Origin: Flectonema sp. DT1601
Taxonomy: Eukaryota
Assembly (NCBI GenBank): GCA_964019425.1
Contig: OZ025794.1
Location: 1,302,001 to 1,366,000 of the forward strand
Reading direction: 5' to 3'
DNA: 64,000 nt
Shown here: piece by piece, positions 1-11,522 of the stretch
How the letters are laid out: every line of letters starts with the position of its first letter
Numbering within the stretch: position 1 is the first letter of the stretch
The notes under the pieces: generated by a model
Databases searched by the model: none
What the model was told of the DNA's origin: nothing
What the model saw: the letters and a program-made list of their open reading frames with translations, nothing else
Translations under genes and position numbers: made by a program

Positions 1-3000
1 GACAGGCATCACGTTCTGGTTTATCAACATCGTTATCGAGAAGATCTGAAGACATACCTGAACATGTTCTTCAAGAATCAATTACTAAACTTAAACAGAG
101 AGTAGCTGTTTTATCTCAGAGTGAAGTTTTTGAAAGATCTGCTGATAAAGGATTCCAAGTTTCTGATGCAGTCTTGACGAGAGTTGCGGCTGATCAATTG
201 CGGGAGCTAGCGAGTTCAGCACCGTCTGGAACTCACATATCGGAATTAGTTTCGTGTATCGGTATGCGAATAGCTGCTGCTGATAGCGATCGAAACCTCC
301 AACGTAGAGAAGGTGAACGATCCCGTTCGATGTGGAGAAAGCTTCACGATGAAGTCAACAGAAGACTACGACCTCTTCTTGAGAGTGAAAACTTATCAAC
401 TTCGATACCTGACTCTGATCCTTCTCATGCAGTTGGTGTCATCGCAAAGATCGAACAGAAGTTTTTAGTAATTCAGAGACAACTCAATAGCTGCACTGCT
501 GAACTCTCTTCTCAAAAAACTCGAAGACTTGACTTAGATTCGAGAGTGAGAGGAAATAGTAAAGTAAATACCAAAATCTACAAAGAGATAACAAAAATGT
601 GTTCTGAGCTTCAGATAACTGCGATACCTACTCTACATGATGAGATGGACGCCCCAGCTACTCTTCAAGTGATCTCAAGAGAAATGTCAAGCCTGTTAGT
701 TACCACAGAACAGGTAACAACACTGAGGGAAGACTTAGCAAAACGACTTAACGATGCGGAGTTAGAAAGAGCAAGGAGTGCTCGACTTGAAATGCAAAGA
801 CTTCACTTACTTAATAGCGTAAGAAGTATATTACACACATTAGAAATGTTACCTGACACCTCTCTTGAAAACGACGGGGCATCTGACGCTGACTGGGCTG
901 CTATCTGTTCAGGTGTTGCGGAGTTATCATCAGAATTATCCATCGGATATGATGCTCGTAAAAGGGTCTCATCTGTTGAAGAAACCCTTCAAATACTTCT
1001 AAACAAAATATCTGCCGACATCGATCACGTTAATTCTCCTGGTCACGGATCTCCTCTTCCAAAGAGAAGTCCACCACCACCACCATCATCACCAAGCACT
1101 ACTATAAAAAAATCGTCGAGCCGGAATCGATCTGAAGGGCTTGCACTGACGCAATCACAAATGGCTACGTTGTGTGATAAAATATCTTTAGAGTTTGAGG
1201 CAGTTAGGACGGTGGCCCAGCAAGAACCTATTTGGAAAAGGAAAGTTGCTGATGCTGAGAATGCAATGTTTTTGATTTCAGAAACTTTTCAGATTGGACG
1301 CAGCAGATCACAAGAAACGTTGGAAGACGTCGCATCGGTAATTAGAGACAAGTACGAACAACTTCAAGAAGTCTCTGCATCGAATGCCGCTGAAAAAACT
1401 AAAATTATAAAACACAACCTAGAGCTCAAACAAGAGCTATCTCGACTCGATGAAGAACTAATTGACTTGAGACATGAATTGGCTACTCAAGATGAGGACA
1501 AGTCGATATTAGAGAGGAAATTGGAAGCAGCTTCGATGTTTGTAAAGTACGCAAAAGAAATGAAAAGAGATGCTGAAGATGATTCAAGTTTTAGAGGAGG
1601 TTCAAAACCACAGGAACGATCTCTTTTAGACGACGATGATATTTATGAATTCAAAGAAATAACAGCTGTGAAAGCATACCAATCATATTTACAATTACGT
1701 AAAGATCGTGAGAACCTTATAGATAAAGTATCTGAGCTTGAGAAAGACGTCGAAAACACTCATCTCCATGAAGACTTTTTCGGTGGCCTACACGCTAAGC
1801 TATCTGTATTAAAGAGTTCAATGTTGGAATCAACATCAGTCATGTTCGATGGTGAAGATCGTTATCCAGCCAGATCTCCTCCTCAACCTCCAAATGGAAC
1901 TGACCCATCTCAATTACCAACAGACATTCTCTCTTATATCTCAACGTTAGAAAGAATGGTCAACACTTTAAAGTTTGAAGGCAAAGGACTACTTCAAAAC
2001 ATCCAAACCGTTTTCAATTCATTAAAAGAGTGGTCTGGAGGAGCTATAAGAACTCCTGACTCTAATTGTAATACTGTTAGTGAAGGTGTGAAGTCAATCA
2101 TAAGTTGTCTTCAACACATAATAGAAGAATCCAATAAAAGAGACAGAGAGAGAGAACTAATTCAAGGACAAAGAGAACACGCGATGGAAATGCGTGAAAA
2201 GGATGTTGCGATGATGGCTCAGAGTGTTCCTTCAGTACCATTACCACCACCACCAGCAGTTCGAAGTGGAAATGGAGGTGATGATGAAAATGATATTGAG
2301 AGAATAATGTTATCATTGTTATCGAAGTTGCAAGACATAGTTGGAAAATCACCGACAGCTGGAGGGGATATTTGTTCACTTGCTAACCAACTTGATAACT
2401 TAGCAGGTGTAGCTGTTTCTGAGTTGAGATATTTAGTACGAAGAATACTACCTGGTCAGTCACTCTTAGATGCCTTAAAAACAAGAATGGGAAATCCAAC
2501 TTCTCCAGCCCGCGCCATGGCAAGTTCTGAAGCGATCGTTTCCGAAGGTGTTCGCGGTGTTGCAAACCAGCTGACTACTCTCGCTTCAAGTATGTTGATT
2601 AGATTGTATTTTTATTGTGTTTAGTTTGCATTATTTTTATAACATTATAATAAGTATCTAATTTATATTACAAAAAACTAAAACTAGACATTTCATCTGC
2701 CGCTGCACGAGATTGCACCAAACTACTACTTCGAAGTGCCAAAAAGGGGGATGAAGATCCTCTTGGTCTTCTCGCTAGCATCCGTCGACTACACGTCATT
2801 ATCGCAAATAAACTTGACGCTGGACCAAAAGAAGCCAAAGAACTGAGAAGTAAGATAGGACTTATGGACGCACAGCTCAAGGGATTGGAATCTGAAGCAG
2901 AGAGAAAAGAGTTGAATCTCCTCAGCGCCATTGAATCAGAGAAACAAGCAACACAGATGTTATCAATTCAGAAGGCGCAATGGGAAAATCACAAACGAAT

Positions 3001-3950
3001 TCTTGAGGAGCGCAGTAAGAAATCTGATTCTGAAAGAAAGAGACTTCAACAGTTGAATGATGAGTTTCAGGTTTGGTTTTATTTATTTATTTGTTGTGTT
3101 GTCTGTCATCATATTAACAACCTACTTAATATAACAAACAGAGTGCTCTCGCCCTTCAGAGAAATCAATTTGCCACTGGTTCCACGGACGCTTTGAAACC
3201 TCACATTACACCTCGTAGAGATGGGTATGTTGTTGACCTTTTATTTTGGAGCCCAAAAACTTTTTTTTAAAGAGCGGGAAAAAAAAAAAAAAAAAAAAAA
3301 ACAGCAGCGGACAAAGCAGCAGTCAAAAAAGCCAAAGCACCTCTCCAGTCAGAGAATTTAATGAAAAGAAAGATGGACATGTTGAAGAGCTCCAATCAAA
3401 GTTAGAAGAGTTAACAAACAAATATGAAGAAATGAAGGATTTTGCATCGAAAGTAAACTTCCGATTAGAAACAAAAGAGAAAGGAAAACAGGAATATAAA
3501 GATAAATATCGACATGTGTTGGGAGAGTTGAAGAATATGGAAAATTCGAGAGAAAGACAAAAATCAGCATTTCAACAGCAATTAAGCACCGTCAAAGATC
3601 AGCTACTGAAACTTCAAGGAAAGGGAAAGGGTGTCAGAACTGCGTATCAAGAAAAGCAAATGCAAGACACTCGTCTGACGCACAGCTCAACACGTAAACC
3701 TCCAGCGTCTGCTACTGTTGCTACTGGTGGGATAACTGTTCCTCAGGAATTTAAATTCAATCGTCCCCGAGGTCGAACTGGATGCTGGGTCTGTGATACA
3801 CCCGGAGGACCAACGAAGTACGGAGGTACCCTTCCTCATCATAAGTGTCCACAACACCAAAAGATTCCAGATGATGATAACCAGGTGTCTGAATATTCTT
3901 CGAGTGAAGAAGATGAAACTGGTACTCAACCACTGGATATAGATTATTAG
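1..3950 (+). CDS. Large coiled-coil protein, 5'-truncated; exons <1-2589, 2688-3070, 3142-3224, 3305-3950
   Basis: The frame of ORF 174..2624 is open from position 3. Three GT-AG introns (2590-2687, 3071-3141, 3225-3304) join ORFs 174.., 2864.. and 3246.. in the correct phase. E/K/L/Q-rich heptad sequence; C-terminal CWVC-x17-CPQH motif. Confidence 0.8.
2590..2687 (+). other. Spliceosomal intron (98 nt, GTATGT...AAAACTAG)
   Basis: AT-rich, contains the ORF stop codon; removal restores the frame into ORF 2864. Confidence 0.8.
3071..3141 (+). other. Spliceosomal intron (71 nt, GTTTGG...AACAAACAG)
   Basis: Phase 0; removal gives an open frame SALALQRNQF... up to the next donor. Confidence 0.75.
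3225..3304 (+). other. Spliceosomal intron (80 nt, GTATGT...polyA-CAG); NAGNAG alternative acceptor at 3307
   Basis: Phase 2; joins in frame to ORF 3246..3950. Confidence 0.75.
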
Positions 3951-4715
3951 TTTTTTTAGTTTTTTTATTTTTTCTTTCCCCTCTCTCACTTCCACGTACT
4001 CAGGTTATTCTTAAGGATCCCTGAGTCTAATTGCTTTACAGACATTGCTTTATTTAGCCTGACAAAAAAAAAAAAAACACAAAAAAAAAAAAAAAAAAAT
4101 AGATTTGCGGGATACCGTCCAGCATTATTATTATAGATTTGCAAAATAGATAATTAGAGGGGAAGGAACAAACAACAACAAAAAAAGCAAAAACAAACAA
4201 ACAAACACCAAAACTGTATTATTCTCTTTTTTCTTACCTTTTCCCGTCTTTTTCCCTGCTGTTTTTAATGTTGTCTCGGGGACATAGATATAATTTTTCA
4301 TTCATTCTTTCTTTTTTTTTTTCTTCTTCTTCCCCCTTCGAATTAAATAGCTGAGGGCTTGTTTTTTTATTTTATTTTTATTTCAATTTATTCTTTCTTC
4401 CTAAAGGGTTCAACAACTTTATAATTAAAATAGTTTTAAAAATAACAACAATAAATAAACATGCGTAAGTTACAATTATTTTTTTCCTCCTCTAGTCCAC
4501 AACTATGCTGACCAGGATCGGTTTATTTTCTGTTTGAATAACGTACAGTCTCACTCAATGATTGTACTGCTGAAGATTTCATTATTTATATTTGCAGGAA
4601 ACTACAAATGTTTTTATTCAGTCAAAAGTACTTTGATATTTTATTTTATTTTAATACCCTAAAATTGTTACTGTTTCTTACGTTGTCAAAGTTTCACACC
4701 CAACCTCTTAGAATC

Positions 4716-7457
4716 ATGTCCCGACTTCAAGAAAACTATAAGAAAGTTCGAGTAGTTGGAAGTGGTTCATTCGGTCATGCTCTACTCTGCAAGAGAAACA
4801 GAGATGCTAAGGAAGTTGTTATCAAGGTATTAATACCGAGACCGAAAGAGGGAAGAGCAAAGGTTATAAACGAAGTTAGAATATTAAAAACACTAAATCA
4901 CCCGAACATAATAGGATTTATTGAAGCATGGAGAGAAGGTGAGAAGATCTACATCAGTATGGAATACGCTGAGGATGGTGATTTACGATCTCTTATCGTA
5001 GCTCAAAAGACATCAGGAAACAGACTACCAGAAACGTTGATACGAAGTTACATGATGCAATTAGCTTGTGCCTTGTACTACATACACAGTGTTCACATCC
5101 TTCACAGAGATATGAAAAGTGAAAATATTTTTATCGCCGTTTCCGGAAAAGTACTAAAACTCGGAGATTTCGGAATCTCAAAACAACTTTCCTCTTCGAT
5201 TGACTTCGCTCATACAGCAATCGGTACCCCATACTACATGTCACCCGAAATAGTAACAGGCAGACGTTATAACGCAAAATCCGATATATGGGCGGCTGGT
5301 ATTATCCTACACGAGTTGCTTACATTCGAATATCCTTTTAAAGCATCAAATCAAGAGGCTTTGTTTCACCTGATTAGGTTAGGTAGGCACAGTAAAGAAA
5401 GAGAAGCTGCAAAGCAATTGTACAGTTCAGATATTATTTCATTAATGAATTCAATGTTGGAAATCGATAGTAAAAAAAGATTATCGAGCAGAAGAATTCT
5501 ACAACACCCTGCTTTACGAAATGATATTCAATTACAGACTCCCAAAGTAGTACCACGACCAGCATTGGAACCAGCCGTAGCTGGGGAACCAACAGCTCCC
5601 GTAGACAGACATCGACAGGTAAAGGAAGGTCTTGAAAACACTGAACCACTTAAGGAGATTATAAATAAAAAACCGAACTATGACAGGCGTGCGTATCTTA
5701 TAGAAAGACACATAAACAACAACATTCCAAAACCCAACAATCCTAAAGATAATCAAAAGAGTGATGTCAATACAAAACCAAAACTAACATCGCGTCCAAT
5801 CTCTGCTGAGGAAGTTACAAAAATTGAAAGGCGCATTCACGATATCAAAACACCCTCAGCCTATGAGCAAAGACTACTAGCGTTACACCGCAGACGTGAA
5901 GCTACCAAGAAAGTTGTTTCAAATGGGAATATCGAAGCAACTATTCAAACTCCTGCTACTCACGAGCAAAGACTAGAAAGAGAACACATCAACAGACGTG
6001 AAGTCGTCAACGAAGATGTTCGTGTTGTTGGAAATATCAAAACCCCCGCCCACGAGACTTCACATCAAAATGAAGAACGCAATCAGAAAGAAGCCACCAA
6101 TCAGAATCGTCTTCGACACTGTGATGCCACTGAGAGACGGATGAGAAACAAATATTCTACTGCGGCCATACTTCAGCAGAGTGACAACCAAAAGACTGTT
6201 GCAGTTGATCAGCACGACGTCAGGAAGTCTGAAGTGACGAGTAGCAAACATCCTCAGGAAGGTAAAAGCACAGCAAAAAACCGAACCAATGAAATCAGAG
6301 GAGTACCAGCATCAAGACCGAGAGATGTTTGGTTGGGAAGGAAATGCAATTCAGAAAATAATAAAAAACCACCACTTTCAAACCGACCTGTAAAACAAGA
6401 TAGCCAGGCTCAACAAGAAATGAATGCGATTAATAATAAGTTAAGGGACATTATGGCTCGTTATTCTTTTAGTGAAGATCAAGTGAAGGAAAAAATCAAA
6501 CGCGCGAATTCTTCTAGTCGGAAGGATTACCCTGATGCTACTGGTCTTGAGGATGGCATCACTTTGAAAAGTGAATCGCCACCAACACTGCAGAGGTCGA
6601 GATCACAACCAATATCTGACCGGAGACACATGGCTGGTGTCTTGGGAAGATCACGATCAGCACCAGTAGTTACACAGTTAGATGATACTGCAAATCGACA
6701 ACGACCGACTAGAGAAAGCGTTGTCGTCTCACGTTCTGTTGATCCGATTTCAGGTCATGGATTCAACGTAGAATCACCCAAGAGCTCATTTAAGAATTCA
6801 CGTAGTCTGATATCTAATAAAGAACATAGCGAGGCTAAAGGATTAAGGGACAAACTCTTTGTCAAAAAAATGCCAATTTCACAATACGGATGTCGTATTC
6901 CTGTTTTCGTAACGATCTCAGCAGTCACAGCATCACTAGTAGTAATGAGTCTCTCAGTTAATAGTTCTTGGAAGGCTGTCAACATACCACGACGACAACA
7001 CTGTACTGGTATAGATAATGTTATAATGCCTATATTAGCAAAAGACATGTTGAATACAGTTATAAAGTCAATGAGTGAAACCCTCGAAGAAATCGATGCC
7101 TTGAGTGCTGGTGATTCGCAGGATGAGGATTTCGAAGATTACATGCCCGAACTTGTTGCTGCTCTACCAGCGTTTCCTCCGAAGCATAACATACCTGGAA
7201 TATCATCTTCTGATACTGTACACACTCAGGCTGAGGGTTTATTTAAGTTTCTTGAAATAAAATTATCTTCACCCACTCTCTGTCACTTTTTAAACATAAT
7301 CTCTAATGATCCTCATGCGAGAGTACATTCAAAAGTGCTCAACATTCTTGAGAAGGAACAGACACATTATTATTGCTTAATTGTACAGCTTGCAAAGTAC
7401 ATTAAACACACAAACATTGATCAAGGGAGGTATCGTGAATTACGAAAGTGTAGATGA
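4716..7457 (+). CDS. NIMA-related (NEK family) Ser/Thr kinase with long disordered tail
   Basis: GSGSFG, HRDMKSEN, KLGDFGISK, GTPYYMSPE, YNAKSDIWA; NEK1-like helical C-terminus. Likely start MSRLQ at 4716, since the upstream extension is intergenic-like. Confidence 0.92.
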   Translation: MSRLQENYKKVRVVGSGSFGHALLCKRNRDAKEVVIKVLIPRPKEGRAKVINEVRILKTLNHPNIIGFIEAWREGEKIYISMEYAEDGDLRSLIVAQKTSGNRLPETLIRSYMMQLACALYYIHSVHILHRDMKSENIFIAVSGKVLKLGDFGISKQLSSSIDFAHTAIGTPYYMSPEIVTGRRYNAKSDIWAAGIILHELLTFEYPFKASNQEALFHLIRLGRHSKEREAAKQLYSSDIISLMNSMLEIDSKKRLSSRRILQHPALRNDIQLQTPKVVPRPALEPAVAGEPTAPVDRHRQVKEGLENTEPLKEIINKKPNYDRRAYLIERHINNNIPKPNNPKDNQKSDVNTKPKLTSRPISAEEVTKIERRIHDIKTPSAYEQRLLALHRRREATKKVVSNGNIEATIQTPATHEQRLEREHINRREVVNEDVRVVGNIKTPAHETSHQNEERNQKEATNQNRLRHCDATERRMRNKYSTAAILQQSDNQKTVAVDQHDVRKSEVTSSKHPQEGKSTAKNRTNEIRGVPASRPRDVWLGRKCNSENNKKPPLSNRPVKQDSQAQQEMNAINNKLRDIMARYSFSEDQVKEKIKRANSSSRKDYPDATGLEDGITLKSESPPTLQRSRSQPISDRRHMAGVLGRSRSAPVVTQLDDTANRQRPTRESVVVSRSVDPISGHGFNVESPKSSFKNSRSLISNKEHSEAKGLRDKLFVKKMPISQYGCRIPVFVTISAVTASLVVMSLSVNSSWKAVNIPRRQHCTGIDNVIMPILAKDMLNTVIKSMSETLEEIDALSAGDSQDEDFEDYMPELVAALPAFPPKHNIPGISSSDTVHTQAEGLFKFLEIKLSSPTLCHFLNIISNDPHARVHSKVLNILEKEQTHYYCLIVQLAKYIKHTNIDQGRYRELRKCR

Positions 7458-8262
7458 AGAGGGATGGGTATTTTCATCTATTTTTTTTTTCTTTTTTAAA
7501 GTTTTCCTCTGGATTAGTAATCTGTAACATTCAGGATAATATTTCCTCCAACGAGAATTATTTCATTTACAGTATCTGTAACGTTCTATTGACCTCTCCT
7601 CTCATTTATATAATAGTTCCTCTCACGTATGCTTGTCGAACAGTTGTACTGTGTTTGCTACGTCATGTACAGAGATCTGTTTTTTTCTGTTGGCGCGCGA
7701 GCACATTCTTCGGCTTAAAAAACAAGAAAGAAAAAAAAAAAAAAAAATACACAAAAATATGTGGGTTTTCCCGCACGAAAGTTCGTTTACACCTTCACAG
7801 ACGATATGATTATTTTATGTTGTTACTGTTTTATTTAAATAGAGTTTTTTCGTAAGCATCTCTTGCTTTGGATGAGCTCAGATTAATTTCTAGAACACAA
7901 GAGTTCGATGCTTTTATTTAAAAGCTTTTAGTAGTCCCACCTATCTACACCTCTCTCTGGTGTCTTTTGATTTCTTTCTATAAAATTAAAATAACATCCC
8001 CTTCAGTTGAAGCTAATTCAACAATCCATTGCTGAGTCTTCGGAAACAGTTACGGATTGGGTCCTCTCTCTCGTTTGTTGCCATCTTACAGTGATGTTTG
8101 TATTAGTTTTTTTTCCTCACAATGAAAAGTTCTCTTTTTAAAATTCCTTTTTTAAACAGGTGCATATCAAACCGATTGGAAACTTAGACCGCAATTACTT
8201 GCTTTGACTTCGATAAATTAAATTTAAAAAGTAAAGTAACAAACAGGACACTATGCCTGAAC

Positions 8263-9702
8263 ATGGGCAATCAAATGAATATCTGTATTGCTGTTGCCGG
8301 TATGGGAGGCCTCGTATTCGGTTATGATCTTGGCGTGATAATCGGAGCCTTACCTCAAATTGTTAAAGAGTATTCATTGAGTAGTCTCGAAGAAGGAACA
8401 GTCGTGGGAATGGCCAGCGTCGGACAGTTATTTGGAGCACTCATGGGCGGATATCTCGCTGATAGAAAAGGTAGATTAGTGACAATGCAACTTGAAGCTA
8501 TTATGTTCTGTTGTGGTACACTAGTCATGGTATTGTTTACATCACTAGTACCTCTGTTAGTTGGGAGATTTATTATTGGAATCGCATTTGCGCTGTCGAT
8601 GGTTTCTAACGTTGCGTGGATAAGTGAAATCTCAACATCAGAAAAAAGAGGATCTGCGATTTCAATTTACGAGTTTTGTGTAACAACAGGCGTCTTACTC
8701 GCTTTACTAATGTCAGCTATCTTCTCATGGAGGAATGCTTTCTGGATTACTGTACCGCTTGCGATACTACACCTAATTGGATCTATGAATGTACCTGAAT
8801 CACCAATTTGGTTAATCTCTGCTAATAGAAGATCTGAAGCAGAACAAGTAATCACAAAATTAGGAGGAACGACATCCGATCTTGTTCAATGTACGATATC
8901 CAGTGGGATAGGTGAGAGTGAAAGTTTATCAGTTTGGAAAACACCAATTATTGTAATTATAATAATCCAATGTCTTGGGTTGCTAACGGGAGGTATTAAT
9001 ATTAGAATATACTCAGAACGTATCTATGAAGAGGTTGGCATACCAGATCAAACAATATCAATCTTGGCTATCATTCTGGGAATTACAAAAGTTCTATCAA
9101 CTATCGCAGCAGTTGTATTCCTTGATAAGTTAGGAAGAAGAATCTTCTACATGATGGGTGTAACCTTACTTGCTATAAGCAATATATTAATAGCTATTGG
9201 TGGTGCTGTTCCTGGATGTTACAATGCTGAAGGCTGTACGGAAACTCATTGTCAACTTGTTGACAATAACTGTCCATCAATGTGTGGAAAGTGTCCTACT
9301 TACGCGGCTGTGTTCGTGGTTGTCGGATGTACGATGGGATTCTCAGCTTATCAATTATCATTCGGTCCGGTTAACTTTGCTGTTGGATCAGAACTATTTC
9401 CAACACACATCAGAGCAAGGCTATTAGGTGGTCAAATTGTTACTCAAGGATTGTTGCAGTTGGCCACAGCTTCTGTTTTCCCTGTCTTTAAATCTTCAGC
9501 AGGGCTTTCATCACCAATGTTGTTTCACTCTCTCTGTTGTGCTTTGGGGTTGGTGTTCTTCACTTTCTTCTTCGTTGAAACTTCAAAAAAAGATCCTTAT
9601 CAAATACTGAATGAATTAGATTTATTATGGGGTCGTTCTCAATCGATAACAAGTGATCCTGTTAGCAGCCCTTATGTGAGTGATGAGGTTGCTGTTGATT
9701 AG
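8263..9702 (+). CDS. MFS sugar porter family transporter
   Basis: GGLVFGYDLGVI, ADRKGR, PESP, LDKLGRR, SELFPTHIRA, FFFVETSKK; about 12 hydrophobic segments. Confidence 0.92.
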   Translation: MGNQMNICIAVAGMGGLVFGYDLGVIIGALPQIVKEYSLSSLEEGTVVGMASVGQLFGALMGGYLADRKGRLVTMQLEAIMFCCGTLVMVLFTSLVPLLVGRFIIGIAFALSMVSNVAWISEISTSEKRGSAISIYEFCVTTGVLLALLMSAIFSWRNAFWITVPLAILHLIGSMNVPESPIWLISANRRSEAEQVITKLGGTTSDLVQCTISSGIGESESLSVWKTPIIVIIIIQCLGLLTGGINIRIYSERIYEEVGIPDQTISILAIILGITKVLSTIAAVVFLDKLGRRIFYMMGVTLLAISNILIAIGGAVPGCYNAEGCTETHCQLVDNNCPSMCGKCPTYAAVFVVVGCTMGFSAYQLSFGPVNFAVGSELFPTHIRARLLGGQIVTQGLLQLATASVFPVFKSSAGLSSPMLFHSLCCALGLVFFTFFFVETSKKDPYQILNELDLLWGRSQSITSDPVSSPYVSDEVAVD

Positions 9703-10010
9703 TTTCCTGCAGCTGATTGTTATTTATCACGCATTAGAGGGTCGTAGCCAGCTACTACTTCTGATTAACTCATTCTTTGAGTGGCTTTTACGATAAGTCT
9801 TCGTTTCCAATTATACTTTATTAATGCAAACACAGACAGACGAGCTTCAACTAACTTACTCGGTTTGCAAACATCCGTTGAATATGAATATCATTCTCAG
9901 TGGGAAAAATAGTTTTATTCAAATAAAGATTTTTTATTATTATTTTTATTATTGTTATGTACCTACAGCTGAGCAAAATAATCAAAACAATCAAAAAAAA
10001 AAAAAAAAAA

Positions 10011-11054
10011 ATGAAATCCCTGTCGATATTACTGTTATTATTACCAACCATAGCTGCATTGAATTTAAAGAGGATTTCAAAGGAGCATTTAACAGATAGA
10101 AGTGGAGTTCATTTCGATATAGACGGTAACGTTGTTAGAGTAGATGAAGGTTCAATTGGTGGCGCATCGGGTATTGGTTTGGGAATGAAAATATTAGAGA
10201 CAAATGGAATGTCACTAAGCGGAAAGGATATCGCTGAATATATTGCCAAACATGTTGAGATAGAATTAGCAACGAGTGAGCATTGTCATGCTTATGGTAG
10301 TTTTGAATTTGAATGTGTCAGTCATGGAGACTGCGCATGGGTTGGAAATAAATGCGCTCCGATTTCTGTTGTTCGTGATGGGGTGTCGTATACTGATGTT
10401 CCAGCAGCTTATGATCAGCTTCACCCTGAAGGAGCTATTCATACTTCGGTAATCACTAATAGTCCTGTTAGACCATTACATCTTGAACTTGTTGTTGACG
10501 ATGCACTCTCTGTCGTATCAATAGCTACGGGATCACCATTCTCTAAGGCTGGTATTCGTGAAGGCATGAGACTCATTACACTAATGGGAGAACGAGCCTA
10601 TAGTAGAAAACAGGTTGAAGAACTTTTGTTAGATGCTCCAAGTCTTTTTATGGTTGTCGTGGAGTTATTTTGTACAGCTCACACTGATATATCAGAATGT
10701 ATTGGTGAGTGTGAATGGTCAGTAGACCACTGCATAGCAATCCCCATCACTGAGGCTGACATCACAGAAGATGGATCGGAAGAGCACAAGCCAAAAGTTC
10801 GTTTAGTTCTTGTTATTACTTTGGTATTAACAACTTTTTCAATATTGGGAATGATTTTGTTTTCTGTTCATCGTCGGACATCAGAGAACTTCCAGCAGCT
10901 TCAATTGCATCCAGAGCTTTGGAAGGCAAACAAAAAGCAGCCTGTTATGATTGATCGTACAGTCGACATTGAAAGCGGCAAACACCAAGTAGACAATTCT
11001 GCTTCAAGGAAGGTTAGCTTTTCGAAACAGGATGTGCAAATAGTGACGTCATAA
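10011..11054 (+). CDS. Type I membrane protein with signal peptide, Cys-rich segments and a PDZ-like domain
   Basis: Signal peptide MKSLSILLLLLPTIAA; PDZ-like VVSIATGSPFSKAGIREGMRLITLMG; TM LVLVITLVLTTFSILGMILFSV. Confidence 0.7.
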   Translation: MKSLSILLLLLPTIAALNLKRISKEHLTDRSGVHFDIDGNVVRVDEGSIGGASGIGLGMKILETNGMSLSGKDIAEYIAKHVEIELATSEHCHAYGSFEFECVSHGDCAWVGNKCAPISVVRDGVSYTDVPAAYDQLHPEGAIHTSVITNSPVRPLHLELVVDDALSVVSIATGSPFSKAGIREGMRLITLMGERAYSRKQVEELLLDAPSLFMVVVELFCTAHTDISECIGECEWSVDHCIAIPITEADITEDGSEEHKPKVRLVLVITLVLTTFSILGMILFSVHRRTSENFQQLQLHPELWKANKKQPVMIDRTVDIESGKHQVDNSASRKVSFSKQDVQIVTS

Positions 11055-11117
11055 ACATTTCTAGTTACCATATTATTCCTCTCCATGAATATATTGTTGT
11101 ATAGTATAGTATTATAT

Positions 11118-11299
11118 GAGAGGATGCCAAAAGTACAGGACTATTTGGGCCAAAGGTAACTGGCAGCACCTGGAACATATTCTGACCACTTTTCCTACTA
11201 TGTTCTATACTCGAAAAATTGAAATCCGTGTCTGGGATCCCACTTTACTCATCGCCAGTTCCAAAATTCCATATTTTCTCATGCAAAATGGTTGTATTT
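11118..11299 (+). repeat. Left terminal inverted repeat
   Basis: GAGAGGATGCCAAAAGTACAGGACTATTTGGGCCAAAGG... Confidence 0.92.
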
Positions 11300-11522
11300 T
11301 GCACTGTGGGTGACTGTAACTAAGGGGGAAGCAGGTTAGTACAAAGTTCCTACTTAACACCAATCTATGGTAATTGCAATCTCCCTTCTGTTTCAGAGAA
11401 AAGGATTGGCAAACTTAGAACACTTAATGTAGTTACACTGGTGGGGTTTGCCCGTGCACGAACTAGGTACTAATAGAACACTCAACATGCTGTCACAATT
11501 GTTTGGTAGTGTGCTGGTACAC

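Noticed and set aside
4608..4715. N-terminal ORF-track extensions on NEK (likewise RecQ1, Sld5, UAP56, Rnl1, DUF1275)
   Set aside because: They run through T-rich acceptor tracts and often start at TTG/GTG; downstream ATGs fit the conserved domain starts better.
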